Shown piece by piece: positions 26,801 to 38,800 of a stretch of 64,000 nt of DNA. Position numbers and translations under genes: made by a program. The stretch comes from Lytechinus pictus (taxonomy: Eukaryota): NCBI RefSeq assembly GCF_037042905.1, contig NC_087252.1, forward strand, positions 26,660,001 to 26,724,000, given 5' to 3'. Each line of letters starts with the position of its first letter. The first letter of the stretch is position 1. The notes beneath the pieces are model-generated. The model saw nothing but the letters and a program-made list of their open reading frames with translations. It was not told where the DNA came from and made no database searches.

Positions 26801-29800
26801 CCGCCCCCAGCGGAAGCGCCTGTCCAGATTCCGACCACCCCAACGGTCCTGACCAACTTGGTTTTGAAACCTAACGGGAGCGTGGTTCCGGTGCAGACGT
26901 ACAACATGGCCCAGAATCCTGCAGTGGCGCAGCTCCAGTACATCCTGCCCTCTATCCCACAGATCAACACCGGGTCGAAGGTCACCGGCACCACCAACGT
27001 CCAGGTCGGGAGTCTCCAACTGACCCCGACACAACCCCAGTCTCAGGTGACCATCAAGGCTGTCCAGCAACCAAGCCAAGTCACCCTTGTCACCAATCAG
27101 ACACCAGGGGGCGCCCCACATGCCATATCGGCTACCTCCATCAACCATGCTGCGCCCAACACGGGAATGATCACCCAACAGATCTTCAACCATGGGAACA
27201 TCCATACCGTTATCCCGGTTATCACGACGCAACCGTTACCAATGAATCTTGCTCAGCAGGTAGTCACCGTGTCTCAGTCATCGGGATACCACACGAACAC
27301 TCCGCAGTCTCAGCAGAGAGTCACAATAGGTGAGACCTAAGGCCGTTTAATAAAGCTGTCTGCTCATCATGCACAACTTTTTTCATGACTTGAGATACCG
27401 AGAATTTTTCCCATTTTAAGAAATAGGAGTGAGCTTTCTATGACAATTCTAATCAAATAGCAAACTTTGCACTCAAATTTGCTTATTAACAACAAGAAGC
27501 TTAGTTATGATATAAAAAAGGGTCAGGTCCACGATCAATTGGGCAAAATGAATTTTCATTATGTTTATTTTGAAGGATAAAATATGGATGGATTTAAAAA
27601 AATTCATTTACCAAACTTGCACATTAAAAACACATCATAAATAAAACATATCGAATTCAACAGTCCTCAATATCGATTGATCTGAATTTGTGTAATAAAG
27701 ATCAATCGCGATATGAAGTTGATTTCAATCTATCCCATTTGTTGTTCGTCATTTGTTCAACATTAAGCATCTTTGTAACGCTCTTGATTTTCGTAATGGT
27801 AAGGGAATATTATGGCTAAAGTTTTGTTAATGTCCTTCAGGTGAGCATTCCAAGAAACACTGAATATCAATGATATATGTTATAAGCTACTAGAAATCCT
27901 TGCATCCGATTGGCTAAGATCAAATTACTGACCAAACATTTCATGAAATGCTCCCGACCGTTTTCCAAACATCACAACATTGCTTCTTCTTTTGAAGGGC
28001 CTGGTGTGAGCTCGCAGCCGATGAACATCATCACCCAGCCGTGCAGTCCAGTGGTCACTGTGGCCGCAGCGGCCATGGGGAAGAGTACGGTGTCCACTCA
28101 GGCGCTGACCTTCTCCAATACGGCCCTCCTGGCATCACAGCACCAGCAGCAGCAACAACAGAAGTTTGTCTTGCCTCAAGGTCAAAGGTCATTTATCATT
28201 CCATTTCATTTGATTTAGTTTATCAGTTCTGCATCCTGATTTTCTTGCATACCAGGAGCCTGTTTCATGAAACATGTTAAAATGACAAATTTATAATAAC
28301 AGTTTAAAGCTACTGAAATCATTGCATTTGATTGGCTGATTGTAAAGTTGTCATAGAAATTATAACAAGTCTTTCATGGAACAGGCCCCAGAGTTTTTAA
28401 TGAGTTCAAACTAATTTACTTTTTTTTGAAGAATTTATCAGATTCCACAAAGAGATATAATTAATTTTGGGTCACCATTTTCAAAAAATATTAGTCTTAC
28501 TGCTTTTGCTAGTTTATTTATTTCAGTTGTAATGATAGTGATGGTGACATAGCATTTTTTCCTAATTGTATTGACTTGACTGGAATGTATTTTAATAGTT
28601 GATTTATATTTCTGGACATGAAATAGATGAAATGAAAACGACTTGAAGCAGATAGAATATCTCACTATAGCATGGGTTGTGTTAAGGACCCAACCTAAGT
28701 AAGACCTATGAGTTAACAATGACCTTTGACTCCATCCCAATCTCAGGACCGTGACGTACGTTCAGTCAGCAGCCGCGGCCTCTCCTAACCCTGTAATCAT
28801 CCAGCAAGGGGATGCACTGAGAGGGAACGGGGGCAAGACTAAGATACAAGTACCGACTCTGATTCAACCAGCTCTCATGCCGGTCAAGACCACCAATACT
28901 CAGGGTAGGTACTTCTCTACAGCGAAACCGGTCTTTATTGACCACCCAGGGGGAACCACACAAAATATGGCCTTTGTAGACAGGTGGCTGCTATCCTGCC
29001 CAACTTTGGCAAAAGGAAGCAAGTGACACATCAGTCAAATTTGAGTTATTGTTGTTTCTGAAACACCCTTTGTATGTTGCACGTTCAGGCAAATTTGGGG
29101 AAGAAATTATCGTTCTATGGAAAGATATTGAAGAAAATATGCTGTTAAATTGCTTTGATGCCTATGTAAATGACGAAAACACATCCCTCATTTACAACAA
29201 ATGATACTTTTGTAACTTGCTTCCTTTTGCCAAAGTATGGCAGTATAGCCAGGTTCATATTTGCTACACTTGTGCTATACACACCTATCAAAATCATCAA
29301 AGTGCTCTTCGTCATTCACTAGCCGAATAGCCGCTGGTAAAAACGATTCGGAAAGAGTCTGAAACCCAGAATTACCCGAAATGCAAGCACAAAATAATGG
29401 CCTTTAATGACAGGTGGTTGCTATTCACAGGTACTTATACACAAAATCTGCCTCCTTTAGACCAAGTATGAATAAATCTATACAGATACATCTGTAACTC
29501 TCTATCATTTCTATATTTATAGGTTCCGCTAAGATTCTACCAGCAACCAAGGCTCCCGTTCAGCCCCAGTCACAGCTCACCGTCGCCCCCAAACCGGTCA
29601 AGACAGTACCCCCTCTCACACCAGTCCTGAGCCTTGCCCCTTCACCGCAGGCATCTCACCCTCAATCACAACCGATCACCGGTATCGTCATGACCAACCC
29701 CGCCCCTGCATCCTACTCCTTCTCCACCCCATCATCATCATCCGTGACAATGTTTGCGGGTCCCCAGCCTGCGGGGATGCCGGCGGGGATGACGCTGTCA

Positions 29801-32800
29801 ACGGCGATGACGACGACGTCCACGCGGCAGGTTGTGATGCAGGGGACGACTATGGTCGGGCAGCCCATCCCAATCACTGTCTCCATCAAGCAAGGGGATG
29901 CGGCATCCGGTAGAGGGAATATCAGTGGGGTGCTGCATCACTCTAATACTGCACCCAATGCAACAATATGTAAGAATCCTTCCCTCGTGTGAAACTGTTC
30001 CCTCTCTCATACTGTACATGCTGAAGTCTCCTCTGGGATGTGTTTCACAAAGACTTAAATGTGACTTAGTGTGATTCTTTAATGCCACCAGGTACTTCGT
30101 ATCTAACGCGCATAGGGTCATTGATGAATGTAGTGATGACCTGTGTAGTGATACTAATCCATATACAACTGGGAGTAAATGTGTAATAAGGTATATTTTA
30201 ATCTTTTTGAAACACAACTTGGGTGTTTTTAGATATTCTGCCTTTTGAATCCTAAGGCATATTGGTTGTATTGCTCATGTACAGCTTATAGAAAATTGTT
30301 TGATTACTCTGGAATAAATCCCTGATTAAACCGGAGGTAATGTTTCGCAGCCTGTAGGTTTAATTGCTGAGAAAGGCCTTTGTGTCAGTTAACTCAATTG
30401 CCTCATTATTAATAAAGCAGGTAATCATGTTGTAATGTTTTTTCTTGTTTCTGTTTTACAGGTCAGACCCAGCTTCATATCGACAACTCCGGCATCCAGC
30501 CGGGACCCAAAAAGATCAAAGCCACCCTGGCTACCATCCCAGTTGTGACTACCTTACCACCCCATAGCCCCTCAGGGACGGGCCGTACGACCATGGGCAC
30601 CACCATGCAGATCGGCCACTCCAACGGCAGTGTTTTCACATCAGGGGCTGCCGTTTCAGCTAGCCAGGGCTACGCCAGCTACAAAGCCATGCCCAAGCTT
30701 GCACCTATCCAGAGTGCGTCCAGTGAGAAAGGGGGCGGGAAGAGGAATGTGATCGGCAGTGGTGGGAAAGAGGGCAGTTTAGACAAGAGTGCTGCTCCAG
30801 GGAAGGTAGACGTGCATGTCCCGATCAGGCAAGGTGGCGGTGGCGAGAGCCACGTTCATGCAGCGCAGACTGTTCAAAGCTTAAGAAAGCTGCCAAGGAA
30901 CTCCCAGGACGACCCCAGAAAGGACTCCCAAATGGATACAAAAGAAAAAAATCTGAACAGGGAGGAGAAAGTGAATAGGAAAGACACTGAAAAACCTTCA
31001 CCCCTTTCGCATGCAAGTGATAAACCCGCAACGCAGGGGGACGATGGTGACGCGATGAGGGATAAAGACAGACTGGAAACTGACAAACCAGAGCTTATCA
31101 GTACTAATCAAGGACCGAGTGGACATGAGACAGGTCATGAAGATGATGGAGGTCATGAGGGGTCAAGGGTCAAACCCCAGAGGTCCTGCAAAGGTCGTCT
31201 GTACAGGAAACACATGGAAGAGAATGGCAGAGGCAACAAGCCGCCGAGGAGAGAAACCAGGGTAAGAACACAAGCATATGAAAGGCCAGTCAATATAATG
31301 GCCTGAACTAAAACAAAAGTAGGATATTAAACATAGATGTTTAAAGACTGAAATGCATCAATTGATTTAACCCTTATAGAGCTAGGTTATTTTGACCCAT
31401 CTCACTGCTGAGTGAGGCGGCGCTGGTGGAGGATTCGTCATGAGATCTTGTCCTCGACTTTTTAAGTGACAAAAAGTGGCATACACGTGTCATGTCTCAT
31501 ATATTCTTGCAAATTTTGTGGTTAATTGTTTTACAAAATGTCAATTCAATTGATTATGAATTCATCTTGCTTTAAAGTCTTGGTTCCACTGCACTTACGG
31601 ATGCAGATAGGATGTTAAACGGAAAAGAATCTTGCCATCTGTTTGAAAACGTTATGTATTCGTTTGTGTACTCTTTGCATACGTGTTTCATACGCTCTAT
31701 ATCCATCGAGCATCCGTCCAATGTGATATCATCGTTCGCCCATTTTGTCCATTGTCTGGAGCAGATGAAAACGAATGGAACCACCCTGAAATTTTGCTTG
31801 TCTGCTATATCTGTTATGAATACGTATTGTGTCCGTGGGCCAGTGGGACCAGGCCTTAAACCTTCATTATGAGTTGATTAGTTAATGTATTTCACCTCTC
31901 TTTGGTCAATTTGTTGCTTCACAGTCTAGCAAGTCGGCGGAGAGCCCAATCCAGGAAGAAGAAACTGTCTTTCAGTCGCCTAGCAACATGGACACAGACC
32001 CACCCCCACCCTCATCATCATCCTCCTCCTCATCATCATCTGTTGCAATAAGGCCCGCTGAGGGAGGAGAGAGTCAAGGTCAGGGACATGCCACGGAGAA
32101 GAGAGAAAGTGATGGACCAGTCGTTTCAGAAGAAAAGAAGGATGAAAGGTCGCAAGAGGCCTCTTCACAGGGTTAGTGCAGTCAAACCTGTCTGTAATGG
32201 CCGTATGTTACAAAAGCGGTCTGTATGAGCAGGTGGCCTTTAGGCTCACGTTCCCTTTGATAATGTTTCTATGAAGAAGGTACATGTATCCAGTGAACTT
32301 GTTATAGAAACTGAAGGGTGTTTCATGAAAGTTGTCGGCGCTGACTAAATTGTCAGAGCTGACAATTTCAGTGAAATCCTTGGTTTTGATTGTCTGAGAG
32401 GCACTAACCTCTGGCTGTTACCATGGTAACTGTCGGAGAAAGACAAGTTGTCAGTGCTGACAGCTTCATGAAACGGTCCCCTGGTCTTTGTAAACCGATT
32501 TATAGGTTGTTTCTCAAACAGGTTTGACTGGATGAAGGTTCCCTTCTCTAAAGGAACAAAAATACAAGGAGAGAATCAATCTTAGAATAAAATGAGAGGC
32601 GCAATCTAAAACCTGTTTCATCAAACTCGGTTATAAAATAAGCGAGTGATGGAAGTTTGAAAAGTCTTATTGTACTTGCTGTTGGGATCCTCAAATTGGC
32701 AAACATGCTTCAAAATGGCTGATTTTGTGGACAACTCTCCATTTGTTTTGTATACACAAATTTTCAGATTTTACTCTTTATTTTACATATTTCACATTAT

Positions 32801-35800
32801 CTCCTCCTGACCTTGACATATGTGATGTGAATTATGTTTTCCCATGACATATCTTATCATCAGGAGGAGGCAAGATACAATATGAAAGATAATGGGGAAA
32901 CTCCGAAAATTTTGTGTACAAAACAAATGGAGAATTGTCCACGAAATCTGCCATTCCGAAACGTGTTTGCTAATTTGAGTATCCGCATAGAAAGTAAAAC
33001 AAGAATTTTTAAACGTCCATAACTTGCTTATTTCATAACCGATTTTGATGAAATTTGTTCTTCTCATTTTGCTCTTTCCAATAAGATTACTTCTCTCCTT
33101 TGGTTTGGCTTTCCTGTAATTCAATGAAACGTTGATAAAACCATGGGCTGAACACTCCCGGATGACCATCATTTTCATTTTTCGAAACTTATTCACAAGT
33201 AAACTACCAACTGTGAATAAGTTACCAACTATTGGTAAAATAAATTTGCATTGCATTGCATTGAATGGAATTGGTTGAATTTACTTTATTTCAATTGAAT
33301 TGAATTGAAACAAATAAAATCAAAGGCAATAGAATCGGATAGAAAGGTCAATTTTTCCTCCCTCCAATGCCCACACCAGCACAAATGCTAACACCAACGC
33401 TTAACTTGACATCACCCATTGATGAATATGTATGATTGTTAAGAAAGGTAGATGATGATTAAACATCTGCGTGTGGGAGAGGCAACCCATGTTTGTCTCC
33501 TTGCGTAATTATTTCTCCGTCAGATATTGTCACTCCTTTGATTATAAAGAAAGGGGTATTAGACCAATCTATGCGTCCAACATCGTTTTCTTTCCACTTC
33601 GAGATTGTAAAAGTTTCAAAATGAGTTGGTACAGAATCCAATAAAATGACAATCCAAGTGTCCGTATATGTATGAATAAAAACATGCGCCAAGGGATTCT
33701 GAAAGGAATTCTGTAATTGCTTAGAAATTAGCAAGATGAGCATGTTTTTCACCAAAATGTCTGGTCTTTTTACAAGCAATTATAATACACTGTCCCACAT
33801 ATGTCTATCTGTGTTGGTGATCCGTAGTGTGATCGTTTTTCAGCTTAGATTTCATGATTTTACAAGGTTCAGTTCATATTTACCTGTACCACATCTAGAT
33901 ATATAGTGACAGTTACCGTAAGTAACGGACTATAAACCGCACCCGTGGATTAATTGCACCCCCAACTTTGGACTTTAAAAAAAAATCATAAAAAATAAAA
34001 TCCTTCTCACATTATATTTGAGTTACGAAGAAACAAAAACTAAGTTAAAGATTTCAAAGTATCCAAAGAGATTACCGGTATGCGGAAATCTGCTGTTCTT
34101 GATCAATTCATCTACAAATGTTAGCAAGAAAGAAAGGTCCCGACAATATTGGCCACTTACACACTCACTCACCTCACAGTCACAGTGTACACACACACAG
34201 CAATGCCGTTCTTGTACATTGCAAACTACGATACGGTACCACTACCAGTACATCTTATCAAATAATGATCTGTGTCTTTCCGGCGTAGGAGGAAGAAACA
34301 TTCACATTTCTTGCATCACAAACTCACAATCACTTTCAGAATTTGTCTAGCATTCGATGTCTTAGCATGAATTTTGGATACGGGATTACAGGAAGGTTCA
34401 AGAAACAAAGACATTGGCATTTTTTACAGTTGTTTTTAAGGCTTCGTGCCGTCTCTCTCGTGCGTGGTGTACATGGTAGCTTATGAAAAGCAAACGGAAA
34501 GAAAAATTAAGCTGGCGCGAAATGGGACTTTGGAGGGGATCGAGGGTTAAAATGAATAGCGCCAGATTAAGTCGCACTACAACCACAATACAATGCAAGC
34601 TAGCTCAGCTCACTCAACTTTCGCGCTCGCGCTCGCTCAGCTGTGACAAAATATTACCGAGTATGCTTGGCGTCTCTTTGAAAGGGAACTTCGCTGCTTT
34701 GAACCGAGAATAAAGTCGAAATTAGTGTCATGAAGGTGGGTGCATTTGTTATGGACAATATTTGTAATAATCGTAATAATCGCTTCTCATTACCGCGGCT
34801 CATACCCCTCTAAACACTCGATGTGTTGTGAACTGGCAGCCGTCTTACATGTTCGGGAGGGGTTACGACGGGCTGGCTCAGACCCGTCACCGTGGATAAC
34901 CGCACCCCAGACTTTTGCTTCTATCCTGCCGAGAAAAAGGTGCGGTTAATAGACCGTTACTTACGGTAACCTTGGTTTTACGAAATTCTTATGAAATCAG
35001 TGTTTACTGCAACCTCTTTCATTTACATGTATCTTAAACTTCAACAGAACCAACAGGACAGGTAGAGAAGCCATCCAACGAACAGCCTCTTTCCCTAGGC
35101 CCTCAGCCAGATTCAAACCCACAGGACACGAGCACCCCTACCAAAGAAAATGGACAGGCCCACAAGCCCGCCACCACCAGCGATGAGGCATCCGCTTCCA
35201 CCTCTGTGGCCATGGATACGCATGCATTGACCTCGGGAGCAATGGGAGGAAAGGACGGCAGTAGGCAGTTCTCGCACATACTGAAGAGAAAAATTGACGA
35301 TGGGATGGAAAAGTAAGTGACATGTTTGTTTTGCTACGAGCTTCACAACATCCTGTCTAGGATGGACTCTGTCAAAGATATCTTGGGAGGCAGTTACGAG
35401 CTGAATCTTGTACCTTGTATAGTGTGTCTTGTCCTGGATGTCCCTTATTCTTACAAGGAAGTATATTTGGGGTCCTACCTAAGTTTTCTGTGTCCCCATC
35501 GAAAAATATGTTTCAATACCTCTCTTTCATTACATGATCAAGTTACGTAGTTCTGTTTTTCTTCTCTAATCGATTCAAAGCTTTGATTTCGTGGCCCTAT
35601 TATGAGCTGAATTTTGTACCCTGTATCGTGATGCGTCTTGGTTGTACCAGAAGTCCACAAGGAAACGGTTCTCTTGACAGAAACATCTGTGGCCCAAGTC
35701 TTATTTTTCCCCATTGCATCTAACCCTTTCACGCCACAATGAGTTACCTAATTCTGTTTTTCTTTTGTAATTGATTCCGTACGTCACAATCCAGGGTCCT

Positions 35801-38800
35801 TGAGGAGGTCAACTTTGAAGCTCAGTTCCGACAGCTTCCTGAGTACCATCCAGAGGACCACACCAACGAGAGAAACGTCATCCCGCTCACCCCTGAGGCT
35901 ATCGTCAGCAGCTATAGGAGGAAGAGGAAAGGATCTACAAGTAAGATACCCAAGCTTTGCTGCCCTCTCTGGGGGTTGTTTCATGAAACTGTTCATAAGT
36001 TAAGAGCGAATTTAAGAATGACTGGTGATTCTTTCTTGTGTTAAATGGTATTCACCATTAAATGTGCATTGGTGATTATTTAGCGCATAAGAAAAGATCA
36101 CCAGTCGTTCTTAAAGTTGCTCTTAACTTACGAACAGCTTTATGAAACACCCACTTGGTTTACTGTCCTTTTAAGGACTGCACTCAATCCCGACAGATAC
36201 TCTTTCTTACCTCCACTTTCTCGCCTCTCCATTTCACTTTCAGCTCTATCCACTTTCCCTTAGTCCTTTCCTGGACTTGACACATGGGACCGTATTCTGA
36301 AGTCGGGTTTAACTTACACTCAGGTTTTAAGTTGTGGTTTAAGTATGAATAGCCAATCGTTACATAAATCACTAACAGTAGAGATATCCTATTTCAGTTT
36401 CATTTGGCTCTCGAAATCATTCATTATTGCCTAGGAAGTATAAATAGATGATCGTCTTCACCATCGATGAATCAGGAAAGAGCACAGTAAACATAAGAAA
36501 CATACAACTTAATAAAAGTTATGACACTTTTGGCTTCCCATAATTTTAGCACAGAGTTAGACCATTGTCTAAGTTAAACCCGACTTCAGAATACGGGCCT
36601 TGGTGTACCGTAAACCACTTCCACGAAGCAAGATACTGTCCTTAGTGGCTCGACTCTGCATCAAATCTCAGGAGCCCATTTCACAAAGAGTTGTAATTGT
36701 TGCAACTCTGCCATTTTGTAACTGCCATTGAAAGATTGATTGTGATTGGCTACTGAGCTCTGTTGCCATGGTAGTTGCCATCGTGGCAAATGTACTATAG
36801 TTGGAACTCTTTATGAAACAGGCCTCAGGATGATTTTTATGTACAAAATGAATGGGATGTTATTAAAGCATTGTAAAGAAAATTTCCTTCAATAGGCAAG
36901 ACACTTTGATATCATTAAAGTGAAAATGTCTGGATGAAATTGCACATCAACTCATGACAATTTTTAATAATGACTTGTGAAGGAATAAAAACATGCCATT
37001 ATATGATAGGAACATAACATCACAATGAAAGTTCAGCTTTTAGCTGATTTCAGCTATTTTTGTATTTTATTTTATTTTTATTTGTTTACTTTGTTCAAAT
37101 GAAAAGAAGCTTTTGCAATTTCAGCTATTTTAAAGCTAAATGAACGTAGTTGCAGTAAAACACTGATTTCGTGAGAAAGTCTGTAAAACCAAGGTAAAGT
37201 ATTGATATATCATCGTGGATCTAGATCTGGTACAGTTACATAAACTGAACTTTGTGAAATCATAATATCTAGCTAAAAAACGACCACACTGAAGATCGCC
37301 AACACATATAGGCACACGTGGGACAGTGTATTATTATTGCTGGAATAAAGACCCGACGGAAAAGACTGAATCTGCGCTTATTTTGCTTATTTCTCAGCAA
37401 TTACACAATTTCTTCCAGAATCCTTTGGCACATATTTTTTATTCATACAAACAGACACTTTGGTGATCATTATATTGAATTCTGTAAAAAGTAATTTTGA
37501 GATCGTTCCCACAACTGGAATTTATCTTTAATTTGTGATCACCTGCACCACTGAAATAAGTTAATAAGTTTATTAATTAAAAAAATTATTATTGATATTA
37601 TTTTCATTTTATTTTTTGATATTACAACATAAGCTACTTTCTATTTTGGTCATCACTCCCCTGAAATAAGTTTATGAGTTTATAATATTATTCTTCCAGG
37701 TAAGAGTGAATGCGATTCTGACAACGACCCGACGTCACCATGCAAGCTGAAATCACCCCACCGTAGGAGCTCGAGCAGCTCCGAACCCAGTACGCCAGGC
37801 AAGAGAGTGATCGGGGACGACTCTGTCTTCAAGTTCAGCGACAAGTCGGCGGTAGAGGCCTATACCACCAACATGCGAGGTATGAATAAAGAGTTGAATT
37901 CATTCAAGTCTTCAAGCAGTTGGTCTAATTTTCAGATCATCAGTATCAAATTGAATCAGGGTTCGAGGTTTGAGCCCTCGTCGAATCGTTCGAATGGTAA
38001 TGTTAATGATCGATCCCAGGTGTAGATAATCTCTTCTAATTGACAGGCCTGCCAACTACATGTACTCCTTTTTTACTACCCCGTTTGTAATATTTTTTAT
38101 CAACCAAAAAGAGGAGCTCTCCGTTTTCTCAATTTATTTAAGATAAAAAAAGAAATAAGCCCATGTTCTCCGTTTTTCCATTTTCAGATATTGGCAGGCC
38201 TGAATTGATACACATCTGTAAAAACCCAACTATCCTTATATATGCAACATTAGCTGAAAAATGGATTCTGAACCTAAGACAGTATCACAGACCGCCTTCC
38301 ATATAAAATATCCTTTTTTTTTCTTCCCACTATTAGATGAATTGGATGAATATGAAGGAGAGCTGGATCGCTCTGCGTCCTCCTCGTCCTCTTCCCTCTC
38401 CACGCTGCGAAGGATCTTGGATCAGAGACGGATCCTCGTCACGGAGCTCTTCAAGACCAATGGCTACTTCCCTTCTGGTAAATCAACTTTCTCTTTCCCC
38501 CTAGATGATTATCTTGAAAGCATCTTGGGATACGGGTATATACAGTGATGCTAAAAAAAAATTGTTAACCCCACCAGAAAGGGAACATATTTAAAAGTGT
38601 TCAAGTTGTGCCATATTTTAGATATGTAATTGCGAAATCGGGTGATAAAATATTACATTCAAAGTTTGTTTCTCCGGGCTCGCCGGACATTCAACACTCA
38701 GCATGAAGAAGTGCATTTTCTGGTGGGGTTCACTAACGTTTTAGCACCATTGTACACCACCTTCAGTGATATTGTAGGCAAAACTATGCTCTTCACTGTG

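Noticed and set aside
26064-27232. Overlapping alternative-frame and antisense ORFs in exon 10
   Set aside because: Shadow ORFs of a GC-richer coding exon with no recognisable domains.
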